A stretch of DNA of 47,138 bases from Rhizaria sp. SCN 62-66 (GCA_001724265.1 MEDY01000047.1:62001-109138); one strand, 5' to 3'. Numbered from the stretch's first letter, positions 22,801-35,600 are shown. The notes: generated from the sequence alone by a model not told the origin. A program made the numbers and translations.

Positions 22801-25800
22801 CGCCGAGGCGGCCGCGGAGGCCAAGGCCGAGGCCGAGACCGCGTTTGAGGTGAAGCTGGAGGCCGCTGTGAACCAGGCCAAGGATGAGGCCGATGCCGAT
22901 ACGGCGGCCGCGATTATGGCCACAGTGGGCGCGGTCGAGGCTGCGGCTGAGGCCAAGGCCAAGGCCGCTGCAGAGGCCGCGGAGGCCGCCGCGACGGCGA
23001 TGGCTGAGTCGCACGCCGACACGGTCCTCGCCCTCAAGACCGCTCTTACAGCTGCGACCGCTGCCCACGGTGCCGCGGTGGAGGAGGCGGCGGCCACTGC
23101 GGCCGCCGAGGCTGATGCGACGGCGCGCGCGGAGGAGCGCGCGCTGCGCACGGCGGTGGAGATCAGGCTGGCTGCGGCAGAGGCGCGGGCGGCCGAGGCC
23201 GAGGCCACGGCAGCGCAGATCAGCGTCTACGAGGAAGACATGGTGCGTTTTTCGCTTATCTCACTAAATCGCATATATATCTTGACAACTAGCACCATCA
23301 CATGAACAAGTATTACATTTTTTTAATTTAATTATTTTATCAAACAGAACGTATATGCTAACACTGGTATCTACTATATTCGAATGCCATTTTCATAGGA
23401 GCGTGCGCGCATGACGATGCTTGCTCAGGAAGACAACGCGAAGGCCCGCTCTGACGCGATGATGGTGCAAGTCGCCCAACTTGAGGACGCTAAGGAAGCC
23501 GCTGAAGAGGCCTCCCGCAAGGCGATTGAGGCGTTGGACACTGCCGTCGCGCGCGCTGCGGCCGCCGAGGCCGAGGTCGTTGCCCTGGCGGCTAGACTTA
23601 AGGACGAGAAGGACAAGGTCGACGCCGCCAACGCCGCGTTGACCGAGGCCCTCACCGAAGCGGCGGCGCTTGGCACGCGGCTCGGCGAGCTCGAGGTCGT
23701 GATGGGCGAGAAGGACGTTGAGCTGATCGAGCTCCGGTATCGCCCTACGATCGACGCGCACGACAAGGTGGTTGCCGAGGCCAACTTTTACAAGAAGAAG
23801 GCGGATTCTCTGTCGAAGCTCGTCGAGCGCGGGCTCCGTGAGCAGAATGTTGATGTAAACAGCCTCGCGGCGGCGAATGATGAGGCCGAGGCGGCGGCGG
23901 CCGCGGCCGCGGCCGCGGCTGCTGCTGCTGCCGCCGCGGCGGCGGCGGTCACTGCGCCCAACAACGATGAGGACGCCCTCTGGCCCGGTAAGCTTTCTGA
24001 AGAGATATATCGTCGCTATCTTACGATGTCAATTTCAAAGTTCCTTCTGTTTATCTTAAACTGCGTATTCTATCTAAACATTGAATACGACCCTCACTCT
24101 TTTTTGTTCTCAATTCGTAACTTTGTTTGTTTTCAGGCGTCATGAGCGCCCTGATCGAAGGCAAGGCCCACCCCGACATTTCCCCTCACGGCGTCGCCCA
24201 GGGCCCCCCCGCCGGCACCCCCGCCTCGGGCCATGGTAGCGCGACCATCACCGTCACCCCGTCGCCCTCGACTGGCGCTGCTCACAGTCACTCTGCAACT
24301 GGCGCCGCTGTGGCCGCGTCTCCGAGCGTCTCGCTCTCGTTCCACGACATCGGCTCTCTGCCCCGGATGCGCCAGTACTCGTCCAACTCGGCCTCTTACA
24401 ACAGCAGCAGCGGCGGCAACGCGGCGGACGGCACGGCCATCATGGGTGTCATGAGTGCCGAGCAAGAGGAGCAACTCGCCACTCTTAAGTCCCAGCTCGC
24501 TGAGATCGACGCTGAGCGCCAAAAGGCGATCCAAAGCGTCAAGTCGTACAAGCGTGCGTTTGAGCAGCAGCAGGCGATTTCGCACCGGCTGCAAGTTCAG
24601 CTGCAGGCGCACGATATCCCTGCCTCTGACTCGAACAACAACAGCGCTGGTGTTGACGCTGCGTCTAGTGCCGCTGGCGCAGGTGCGAGTGTGCCGAGCC
24701 ACGTTGGCGGGCAAGAAACCCGCAAGCGTTGGATGCTCAAGTCGCTTTTCTCGCGCTCGAGCAGCTCCGCGAGCGGCGGCGTCGGTGCCGCGGGCGCTGG
24801 CTCCAGTTCATCGACCCAGGTCACCATCCAGCAGCTGCAGAAGCAGTACGCGGATATGCTCGTTCTGGCGAACACGCTGATGGAGGATTTGCACGACAAG
24901 GACACTGCGCTGACGCACATGCGCCAGTGCAACCGCATCCTCGGTGCGCGCGTGCGTGAGATCGAGCTGCAGCGCGCCAACAGCAGCGCCAGCAGCGGCG
25001 GCCACGGTGACGGCAACGGAGGCAAGTCTCCTGTGCAGTCAACCGGGTTCCAGGACTTTTCGGCGGACGGCGCGGACAGTGCGACGAGTCCTGTGCTTTC
25101 CGCCGTCGCCGCCGCCCCGGCGTCGGTCAGCGGCAGCAGCAGTGGCAGCGGTAAGATGAGCAAGATGAGTCTCGCAGCCACCCCTGAAGAGGACGAAGAT
25201 GCGATCGACAGCAACACTGAGAGCGACAGCCACGCCGCCAACACCACGACCATCAACAAGACGACTGGGGATGCTAGTGACAACGGCAATGCGCTGAGCT
25301 CCTCGCGCTTTATCACGAGCAACGAAGAGGATGACGACGTTTTCAACGCTGTTATTTGCGACGACACCGCGACGTCGGCAAACAATAACAGCACGGGCTT
25401 TGGGGCCTCAGCGTATGAGGACGACGACGACGTGTTCGCTGCTGCTCCCAGAGCCAATGACGCTGCGGCCGGTCTTGTTAAGAGTGATACGGAGGTCGAG
25501 GCGCCTTTCTCTCTGGACGATAACACGACGGAGACTGCGACGAATGCGACTGAGACTGAGACTGCTGCTGAAGCTGAAGCTGCTGCTGAGGCTGAGGCAG
25601 AGAGCGTTGCCTCGCCCCTGAGTGTTGCTGTTGAGTCTATCAAGTCTGAGCCTGCTGCTGTTGCTGTTGCTGCTGAGGCTGCTGCTGCGACTGAGCCTGT
25701 CGTTGAGACTGAGAAGGTTGAGTATGTGGCTGCCTCTGAGCTCGTTAAGGCTGTCGAGCCTGAGGCTGCTGCTGCTGCTGCTGAGACTGCTGCTGAGACT

Positions 25801-25953
25801 GCTGAGCCTGAGGCTGCTGATGCGGAGGCGACCGAGTCTGAGGCTGCCTCTCCTGTTGAGCCCACTTCTATTGTCGCAACTGCGAGCAACAAGAGTAACA
25901 ACAACAACAGCAAGAGCCACAACAAGAAGGGCAAGAAGAAGGGTGGCAAGTAA
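19812..25953 (+). CDS. Large coiled-coil protein, ~1846 aa, with N-terminal AIR9/SCAB-like Ig(-PH) region and a CCDC149-like motif; exons 19812-20162, 20297-20636, 20799-23242, 23399-23987, 24137-25953
   Basis: Four GT-AG introns (phases 0,1,0,1) join the five track ORFs into 5541 nt ending in TAA. Contains FQWYR...YMPSVDDIG..ISCQW and a long Ala/Glu/Lys heptad-rich region. Confidence 0.75.
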
Positions 25954-26263
25954 ACGCCCATTTGTGTTTTAAGCTTAAGTCTTTGCAAGTGTTGCAAAAC
26001 AGTGTGACTGTGTGGCTGTTTAATTATCAGTTCTTTTTCGACAATGGCCATTAATTTGTTTAATAATACATCTGCTTTATCTATTTTCTCATTAAGCAGT
26101 GCGTGTATTTATGATATACTGTACATGTATCCGAAAAATTGGCCATATCTTAAACAGGGACTATGGACACCAAATCAGTAATATCTAGATTTAACGCAAG
26201 CCTGTCGTTGAGATAACATCAACTGACAGTTGATTGATGTTGATGCCTGAACGCTACAGGTGC

Positions 26264-26785
26264 TCAGTCAGCCATCGCACCGACTGCAGCCGTCTTAGCT
26301 GCAGGTGCAGTTGTGTCAGCAGCCTTGTCTGCGAACGCCTTGGCCACGTCATCTTGAGCCTGTGTCGTGATATACGCCTTGTAGTCGGTCTCAACGCCCT
26401 TCATAAACGCATCGAGCTCTTGCGCAGTGGGCCTAGGCAGCGAGATGGTCTCAATCACGTACTTGGGTGCGATCTTGCCAGTTCGGAGCGCGATAGCAAC
26501 CCCCTCAGACCGGAGCAGGGAAGCCTTGAATTCGAGCCGGCTGCCAGAAACAGCGTCCGCAGGGCCTGAGTAGCCGTGCAGAGTAAGATCAGCGCCGATG
26601 ATGCGGTGGCACGGAACGATTGGCGCGTACGGGTTGGTCTTCATCGCCATACCGACGGCGCGGGACGAGGCGGAGGAGCCGGTGGCGGCGACCGAGAGGG
26701 TCTTGTAAGTCGCGACTTTCCCTGCAGGGACACCCTTTGTCAGGAAAAACCAGATCAATTGCTTAAAAGGCAACTCCGTTGACAT
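26264..26785 (-). CDS. MGMT: O6-methylguanine-DNA methyltransferase (Ogt/MGMT DNA-binding and catalytic domain)
   Basis: VPAGKVATY, SRAVGMAMKTNP (Arg finger), active-site VPCHRII, and K..LL..EG. Confidence 0.88.
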   Translation of the reverse strand: MSTELPFKQLIWFFLTKGVPAGKVATYKTLSVAATGSSASSRAVGMAMKTNPYAPIVPCHRIIGADLTLHGYSGPADAVSGSRLEFKASLLRSEGVAIALRTGKIAPKYVIETISLPRPTAQELDAFMKGVETDYKAYITTQAQDDVAKAFADKAADTTAPAAKTAAVGAMAD

Positions 26786-27178
26786 TCTATAAATCGCAAT
26801 TTTAGTGTGCTGACACGAGTGCTCAAGGAAATATGCTCGCTACAAGTTCAAGACCCAAAAGCAAGGTCGAGCGGGCATTGCTCCCGTTTGACTTTTTGCG
26901 AACCGTGGCTGGTCGAAAACTCAAAAATTGGTTGACCGTGAAACATTGTTCGGTCCGTGGGACGTCATTTGCGACCAGCACCAGCTCCTCGAAACAACCG
27001 TCATTTCAATCATATTCTTACACACGTATATTTTACGATAGTTTCTAACATGGATTTCTATTAAATCTATCTCACTCGACTTCTTCTCCCTCTATGGCCC
27101 CAGGTAACCTTCTCTCGTCCTATCCTAAGACCCCACACACCCGACCGATCGTTGTCGTCGTCGTCTTTCCCTCCGCTT
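26786..27178. promoter_or_regulatory. Likely bidirectional promoter shared by MGMT and eIF4A-III
   Basis: Only ~390 nt separate the head-to-head start codons. Confidence 0.45.
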
Positions 27179-28656
27179 ATGTGGAACACGTTCACGAACA
27201 AGGGCGGCGCCCCCAAGAGCACCAGCTCCGCGCCCGGCGTCAACGGCACCAAGAAGTCAGGCTTCTCCACCAAGGCCACCGGCAACAAGGCCGAGCTTGA
27301 GGCGAATCGCAACAAAGTCGAAGAAGACGGCTTGTTCGAGTCCACCACGGACCTCAAGGTCGTTACGTCGTTCGAGGAGATGGGCCTTAAGCCCGAGATC
27401 CTCCGCGGTCTGTACCAGTACAACATCACCAAGCCCTCGGCCATTCAGCAGCGCGTCATGCTGCCCATCCTCGAGAACCGCGATGTCATCGCCCAGGCCC
27501 AGCCCGGTACCGGCAAGACGACAATTTTCTGCATCGCCGCGCTGCAGCTGATTGACACGCGCTCCCCTGCGTGCCAGGCGCTGTTTCTGTCGCCCACGCG
27601 CGAGCTTGCCGAGCAGTCACGCATGGTCGTCAGCTCCTTCGGCGACTTCCTCAACGCCAAGGTCATGTCGTGCATCGGCGGCAAGTCTGTCGGCGACGAC
27701 ATCCGCGCGCTCGAGCGCGGCGTGCACATCGTCTCCGGTACTCCTGGTCGCGTGTTCGACATGATTCAGCGCGGCGCGCTCAACACCAAGAGCATCAAGC
27801 TCATGGTGATCGATGAAGCGGATGAGATGCTTACGAAGGGCTTCAAGGACCAGATCTACTTCGTGTACCGGTACATCCCCGCCGAGTGCCAGATTGTGCT
27901 CGTCTCGGCCACGCTGCCGAATGACGTCATCGCGATGACGCAGAAGTTTATGCATGATCCTGTCCGCATCCTGGTCAAGCGCGATGAACTCACTCTCGAA
28001 GGCATTAAGCAGTTCTTCATCGCCGTGGAGAAGGAGGAGTGGAAATTCGACACCCTGTGCGATCTCTACGACGTGCTGACGATCACACAGGCGGTGATCT
28101 TTGTCAACACGAAGGAGAAGGTTGAGTGGCTGTCGACGCAGATGCGCGAGGCCAACTTCACAGTCAGTGCCATCCACGGCGGCCTGCCCCAGCGCGAGCG
28201 CGAGGTACGTAACTGGTATTGTCGCTTTGATATCGAAATTGCATTAGATGTGCATATATTGAATTTAATTTAAGAGTAATTGCTCATTATATGATTATTT
28301 CTTTCTTTATTTAATATTCTCTCATCCTATCTCATACTGTCTTTGTATTTTCGTTTTTGCGAATCTAATCTGTGCAGGCCGTGATGAACGACTTCCGCGC
28401 TGCTAAGTCCCGCGTCCTTGTTGCCACCGACGTCTGGGGCCGCGGTATCGACGTCCAGCAAGTCTCTCTTGTTATCAACTACGATATCCCCCTCTCGCGC
28501 GAGCTTTACTTGCACCGCATCGGCCGTTCGGGTCGTTACGGACGCAAGGGTGTCGCGATCAGCTTCGTTCGTGCTGAGGACGTGCAGTCTCTGCGTGATA
28601 TTGAGCAGTATTATGCCACGCAGATCGATGAGATGCCCGTCGACCTTAAGCTCTAA
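27179..28656 (+). CDS. EIF4A3: DEAD-box helicase eIF4A-III (exon junction complex); exons 27179-28204 and 28378-28656
   Basis: Motifs [79 protein letters not shown] and [14 protein letters not shown]...CAG intron at 28205-28377. The start codon choice is tentative. Confidence 0.93.
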
Positions 28657-29875
28657 GCTCTAAGCGCGCGTGCGTGCACTTAGATATCTGCGCAACGAGC
28701 TAATGACCCACTGAGAGGGCTCTAAGTAGCTGCGGCTAAGTGCGAGTTATGCTTGCTACGCATGCAAAAAGTGAGAATCTAGGTTGCTTTATCCACTTAT
28801 ATCATGAGAGTGTGAGCAAATAACAAGCAATGTGAAGTTTGTTAGGTCGGGGTTTGTCAGTCACTTTAGGTTTGTAAAGATGTGTATTGTTCTGTTTTCT
28901 TTGTAATTTTTGGATCATATGAATACAATAGTTGATGATATTTACTTCTTCTATTTATACGTATCAGCATAAAGTATTATCGAGATCAACTTGCGTGCTT
29001 GCCAGTTTTCTTATGGTCTTTTTTGTTACGCAAACCTGATTCGTCTTTGAGGATGGATATGTGCGCATGGTCTTAGCTTCGAGAGATAAGTCTCTAGATT
29101 TAAGCTTGTTGTCCTTAAATACTATAGGCTTTGAGTTTTTAATGTCTAGTATTTCATATTTCAACTTTTAACTCAAGACAACACTTTTCTCAGACTGTCT
29201 AGCTACAACTAGTTGACATGTGGATACATTTCGGGAAAACTAATACAAAATCAATATGAGGAGCAAACATCATTTTATCTCTACTCAGATACAAATGAAA
29301 AAACATTTGATTGTTTTATACGGTGCATTTGTATTGTTATTATCGCAAAAGAACGGATGGTTCGTATTTTCCGAACCTTGAAGGCGACAAACATATCATA
29401 AGGCACATTTCAATAGCATTATATGTGCTTGGAAGCACATGTACAACTAACAACAACTATCTACTAACAAATAATAATAAGACTATCAAGCAACATCTCA
29501 ATATCTCGCACAAAACAAAACAAACTGGCAACAACTAAACTATAACAAACTTGACAGCGAGTATGTTTCCAAGTGCTTTTTGCGTCATCATTGCTGTGTA
29601 CTTTTCACTTAAGCAAAGCACAACAGCAGCATCTCAAACAGCATCAAAGCAGAAACAAATCACGCCACTCACAGTGTTATCTCCCAAACAAAACATCTTT
29701 GTTTGGTGATGTACGGACTACAACTTTGCTGTGCGTTTTGTGGTTTCGCCGAGACAAAGAGACTTCATTTTTTTTTCTTTCGGGTAAAAATTAGAACTCC
29801 TTTCTTCACTGATTTTTCTAATATAATACTAAAAAGTTCATTGTTTGTTTCTTCTTTTTCTCGCATAATTAAGAC

Positions 29876-31078
29876 TTAAGCATCCGCCTTAGCCACCTTC
29901 TCAGCCGAGGCAGCGGGGGCAGCGGCGGGCTCAGCGGCGGCGGGGGCAGCAGTCTCCGTCTTGCTCGCATACGCGGCCGCCGCAGCCTCCTCGATCTGGT
30001 CCTTGGCGATGGTAATGACAGCGTCGATGACGCGGCCGACGGAGTCGAAGACACTATGGGGAGCAGCGACACCGGACATGTAGGCGGGGCCGGTGACGAC
30101 GTTGGTGGCGGCGTCAACATAGGCTTCCTCAATGCTCGTCTCGACGTGGGTCGCGCCGAGCTTCTTGACGGCGGCGGCCGCGCTGGCGAAGGGCCACTCG
30201 GGACTCTCCGTCTCCCCGCCCAGGGTCACCGTCACGCCGGGGATAAGTTTAGCCGCGATGACGGGGGCGATGCACACGAGGCCGAGAGGCTTCTTGGCGG
30301 CGACGAACGCGTTGACAGCGCGGGTCACGTCGGCGTCGATGTCGAGCTTCTCGGCACCTCCAGTCGCGAAAGTGGAGAGGTTCTTGGCGGCGCCGAAGCC
30401 ACCGGGGAAGAAGAGCGCGTCGAAATCAGCCGCGTTGAGCTTGCTCAGGGGCGCAACGGCGCCGCGGGCGATGCGGGCGGACTCGGCGAGCACGTTGCGG
30501 GTCTCGCCCTCGACGACGGCACCCGTGAGGTGGTTCACGACGTGCATCTGAGGCTTGTCGGGCGCGAAGCATGACGTGGCGCAGCCGTTGGCGGAGAGGT
30601 GGATCAGCGCAGAGGCCGCCTCGGTGACCTCAGAGCCGTCGTAGACACCACAGCCGGAGAGGACGACGGCGACACGGACCGGGTTAGCCTCGAAGTCGTA
30701 CGAGAAGCCGTCGGAGGACTCGGAGAGCGCGATGTCGTCGGCGCTAATGTCGTCTTCGGCGTGCGCGGCCGAGGCGGCGGCGGCTGCGGAGACGGCCTCG
30801 GCGGCAGCGGCGGCTTCAGCGGCCTCGGCCTCGGCGGCGGCGGCGGAGGCGGCGGCGGCGGCGGCGGCGGCGGCCTTCTCGGCGGCAAGCTTCGCGTCAG
30901 TCGCGGCGGCCGCGTTGGCGGTGGCAGTGGCGGCAGCAGCAGCAGCGTCAGAGGAGAAGCGACGCGCAATCGCACTAGAAGCACTGGGAAGCACAACAGT
31001 GTTGGCAGTGCGAGCTGCGATTTGGCGGGTCAGGAGGCCGGCGGCGCGGGTTGTGATCGCAGAGACGCGGGGAAGCAT
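29876..31078 (-). CDS. GATD3: ES1/ElbB (DJ-1/PfpI superfamily) mitochondrial protein
   Basis: Motifs VAVVLSGCGVYDGSEVTEA, FAPDKPQMHVVNH, RNVLAESARIARG, PGGFGAAKNLS and CIAPV. The Arg/Ala/Thr-rich presequence MLPRVSAITTRAA...ARRFSS starts at ATG 31078. Confidence 0.93.
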   Translation of the reverse strand: MLPRVSAITTRAAGLLTRQIAARTANTVVLPSASSAIARRFSSDAAAAAATATANAAAATDAKLAAEKAAAAAAAAASAAAAEAEAAEAAAAAEAVSAAAAASAAHAEDDISADDIALSESSDGFSYDFEANPVRVAVVLSGCGVYDGSEVTEAASALIHLSANGCATSCFAPDKPQMHVVNHLTGAVVEGETRNVLAESARIARGAVAPLSKLNAADFDALFFPGGFGAAKNLSTFATGGAEKLDIDADVTRAVNAFVAAKKPLGLVCIAPVIAAKLIPGVTVTLGGETESPEWPFASAAAAVKKLGATHVETSIEEAYVDAATNVVTGPAYMSGVAAPHSVFDSVGRVIDAVITIAKDQIEEAAAAAYASKTETAAPAAAEPAAAPAASAEKVAKADA

Positions 31079-32601
31079 CGTTGTCACACAGAGCCTGGGC
31101 GGAGGGAGCAAGGGGCAACGGAACAAAGCAAAAGGACAGAGAGGTTGAGTGCGGTTTGTTGTCTGTTAAGGATTCGTCATTCTGGCGTCATTACGAGCTC
31201 AGCGCGATAAGACGTGGTGAAATAACGCAAGAAAGGCAGAACGCCGTGCAAGGATGTTTAATACAGCAGTAAATAGAGTGCTTTGAGTGGGCTGCACGAT
31301 TGCGTCGCGTTTGTGTCTTGTTTTGAGTGCCATCGGAGGTTGGGAACACTGGAAGCAGAGGGACGAGCCCCATCACCAAATACCGAAATACACACACAAA
31401 ACAGGCACTAGGAGAAGCAAAGCAAACGTGAGCAAAAGCAACAAAGCGAGGGCTATGCGGGGTGCGTTGCCGAGAAGTAGCGGAGCACGGGATTACGGTG
31501 CAGAGCAGCGGGAAGCGCGGGAGCGGAGCGGCCTGAGAGGGAGCACAGGGAGCATTTCGATTCTAACCTCGCAGCCGTGCAATCTTCCGTTGAATAAAGC
31601 GCCACGGGGGAAATGGAACCCCCCCGCACGTATACTGTTCCCCGTTTTAACGCTTTTGCACCCGACGCGTCGTGGCGCGCATACGGGCGCTTTTCCCTAG
31701 TCGCCCGGCGTGGCTAGCAGCCCGGTCTGCGAGAGCCGCGAAGGCCGATACGGCCTCGCTGACCCTTCCAGAATACCGCTTCATAGATCCCGGCTGTGCG
31801 CAAAAATTGTAAAATAAAACATGCACCACGCGACCTTTTTCTAATACATAGCCCAGGATCGCAGCCGGCGCGGCCTTGCCCGTCTTTAGCTTTAAAAGAC
31901 ATTAAAAGTGGCCTCGCTAAACCTGTTTGTGGTCCGACCGACCAACCAAAGAAACGAGAATGACAAGCACAGGGCCGAAAAAGTCCCGAGCGAGCGGGCG
32001 ACAGACAAAAGGAGGCTTGGGCGCGAGGAAAGAGGGTGTTTCTTCAGGCGTGGAAAGCGTGCGTTTGAAGTTTAATTTTAGATTGGGGGTGTATGCGCCT
32101 GCGTTACTTAAATCCGCTGCTATTATGGACCTTGCATGCCTATCCTCGACCCGCTGGATATTGGGAAGTGATGCTCGTTGTACCGGTGCTCTGGGCACTG
32201 CAAGGCGTTGACATCCGCAGCTCTACAGCCTTCCGCTATTTGTCATTTGAGTTTTTCCTCACGCACACAAATAACCCGTTTTTACTGTCTTTGGCCGCCC
32301 CACTTTTGTATCACAGACCCCTTTTTACTACCGGGATATCTGCTCTTTGCGTTTCCCTCACCGACCTACCCGCTTGTTGAGAACCTAACAACGACAGTAA
32401 CAGCAGAGAAGCGCCGCACACCTCCAGCGCGCTCTTCTGTTGCTGTAGCTGTTTCTCAGGCAACTTAGTTGGGCCTAACACCTTGCCCAAGCAACGCGTG
32501 TCCTCTGCTAAGCCTTTGCGCTCTTGGCACAGCAGCGACGTTTCTCACCACGGATCGTTATCCCACTAAGAGTTTAAGTCTCTTGCACACTCAGGAACAC
32601 C

Positions 32602-35600
32602 ATGGGTAACACTGTAGCTCGTACCGTACGTCACTTTCACACCACCGCAACACCATACTCCACGCTAAACTCGTCTCTCTCAAACACTATCTTCATAGCA
32701 GCAGGCTAACTAACTCCAAACGCTCACTCTTTCCTGCTACCCGTTACATCTTCACCGTTCGCTTTCCTTTTGCACTATTTCCACTTAACACCACATTCTG
32801 CGTATACGCGGCAATTTTTTAGGAGTCTACGGCGGAAGTATGGCGCTTTATGGTGCATATCTGGGACGAAACCTCGACCTACTCCCGATGCACCCCCGAG
32901 GAGCAGACCGCTCTCGTCCGCGATTTGGAAACCTTCGTGGCCTCGGAACTTGGCGCACCCAAGATGGTTGACCGCCTCTGGACCACATACCAGAAGCGCA
33001 ACGCCCCGCGCTTTGTTTCGCGTGTCCGCGAGCAGTGCTCTCTGGCGCTAGAGCTCGTGTATCAGCTGCGCGTGGCTGCCTTCGAAGCCAAGCCGTGGGT
33101 CGTCCGCGGGTCTGTGCTGTACTTACAGGGCATCGCCGAGCTGACGGGTACTTACACGGCGCTCAGGGCCTCGCTGGCGGCCGTGTGGGAAGCGATGAAG
33201 CAGTCGCGCGCGCTCGAGACGATCCAGACCAAGGTTCCCCGCGGCGAAGACGGCTACGACGACGACGAGGACGAGGATGAGGACGAAGACGAGGAATTCA
33301 TCGAGATTGACGAAGGTCTGAGCGAGTATGACCGCGCCATTCTGTCTCAAGTCGTGCAGAATGGCATCATTGCGCCGTCGCCGTCGACAATCACACAGGA
33401 GGACTTCTACAGTGTCTACTTGCCCTTGCTTGTCGTCAACCTCTTCGAAGTGCTGCTCGTTTCCCTGCGCCGCGCCCCGCCGCTCCCGCTGCCGTCGTTG
33501 CTTCACACCGCCGCGGACGGCACCGACGAAGCGATGGCGGCCGCCACGGACACGCTGGGCGCCGCGGGCGTCTCGCGGTCCTCCGCCGCCGCCGCCTCGG
33601 TCGCCGGCTCACGCGGCGTGTCCTCCGCCGTCGCCGCCGCCGCCGCCGCCGCCGCGTCGAGCTCGACCTCGGCGTTCGGCGCGCTCGACGGCATCCCCCC
33701 GCACATTTTGCCCTACGGTGCGGCGACACTGCCCGGTTCGCACCTCGCAATCTCGAGTGACGGGCTCTCGTACGAGGCCAGCTACGTGCCTGACAGCTAC
33801 CCGCTGGCGAGCACTCAGGCGCCGCACACGACGCTAGACCACTACGTTGCGCGGCTGTCGGACGGGAAGGTCGTCCCTGTGCGCGCGTACCACACCGCGT
33901 CCGCCGTCACGGGATCCAGCACGGACGCCACGTCCCCCGCCTCGGCCCATAGTAGCGCCAGTGCCAAGCTGCAGGCCGCGCAGTCACCCAAGGACGGCAG
34001 CGGGGCCCCCAGCGCGGCCGTGACGGACCTGGTGCGGTCAGTCGCGCACGGCTTCGAGGCCGTGTCGGCCGACGTGGCCGCGGCAGTCGGGACAATGATC
34101 TCTGACCGCGTGACGGAGGACCTCAAGGCGCGCGCAGAGTTGGCCTCGGGAGCGCCGGTCCGGTCCAACATGTTCTCGTTCGCATCCTCGGCGGCGCACC
34201 AACAGCAGTTTCCGTTCCACCACTACCAGCAGCAACAGCAGCTTCAACAGCAGCAACATTATCAGCAGCAGCAGGCCAATGAGCGCAACTCGCCTTCGAT
34301 CTCTGGCATGACTGGTGACTACGGCTACGCGTCTGGCTACCTCAGCAAATACGCCCAGAACAACACCTCATACGGCAGCCCCTACGGTAACAACCCAGGC
34401 ACCTTCGACTCGTTCTCACTCAACGGCGGCCAACAGGGAGGGTATTCGCCGCAAATGTCTCCGCAGACCGCCGCGGGCCCCAGGTTCGCCAAATTCCACA
34501 CCACGCTTACGACCACCTCGCTCTCGGCCATCTCCTCGCAGGCCTCCGCCACCGCCTCGGCCTCCGCCTCGGCCTCCGCGTCGGCGGCCGCACTCATGGC
34601 CGCCGGCGCCGGCGCGGCTGACGTGCCCGTCTCCGCCGCCGTCGAAGCCTACCGCCGCGCGCTCATCGTCGGCCCCGGCGGCACGTCTTACCTCGCCACG
34701 CTGCCGTTGCTCACCGCGCACTCGCCGTTCCTGCTCGCGCCTTCGTCTGTCCCGCCCACCGCGGCCGTGTACAACCTCCGCGTCTCCGTCGCCGGACTGG
34801 TCCCGCACGCGCTCACGCCGCTCGAGCGCCGCTTCAGGCCCCTGGAGCTGCCGCTGTCGCCCGCCCTGACCCGCGTCGCCGCCGCGCAGTACCGCGCCGC
34901 CTGGGACGCCCGCGAGCGCGCGCTTGTCACGACTCTGCTCCACGGCGTCCCGAATAGGCACCGCGGCGGCGGCGGCGCGGCCAACGGCGGCTCAGGCCAC
35001 GGCGGGTCGCTGCCCGGCTCGCGCCGCGGGTCGGTCTCCGCGACGACCACCATGAGTACCACTGGTTCCGGCGGCGCAGGGAACACCGGCGCCAACAGCG
35101 GCTCGCTGGCGCTAGTTGACTCAGGCAGCGACGGCGGCCGCGCGGGCTCGCTCGTCCTCGCCGCGGCCCGGCGCAACTCGCGCTCCGGCTCTGTCGTCGC
35201 CGGCTCCACTGGCGCCAGCTCTAGCTCCAGTAACGGCAACGATAGCGGCGATGGCGAGGGTGGCAACGGCGCCAACTCCGGTCTGTCGATTGATTTCGCG
35301 ACCGCGCCCGCGAGCGCCAACGATCCTCGCACGGCGCCCGCGCTGACGTTCGATCCGTCGCTTTTCGTCGTCGTTTCCGCCGCCGTCATCCTCCCCGGCG
35401 CGCGCCGCGAGTGGGTCACCACGACGGAGCCGCGCCAGCTCGCGGCCGTGATCGCGGCCGGTAACGGCGGCGCGGGCGCCGGTGACGCGTCCGCCGCGGC
35501 CTGGTCCAAGGGTCTTGAGTTCGCGTTGCCGCTGCACACGCGCTTCTCCGCGCTGCCCAACGCACTCGCTCCGGGCGCAGACGGCAACGGCGGTGTGACC

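Noticed and set aside
21170-23240. Poly-Ala/GCC tracts as microsatellites or repeat elements
   Set aside because: They are in-frame low-complexity coding sequence found in most genes of this window.
28964-29164. AT-rich 66-aa ORF as a viral or transposon relic
   Set aside because: Short, non-ATG start, no recognisable motif, and located in an AT-rich region between convergent 3' ends.
12693-31078. Functional cluster of glyoxalase II-like, ES1/DJ-1-family and MGMT damage-control genes
   Set aside because: They are interspersed with unrelated housekeeping genes and there is no evidence of co-regulation.
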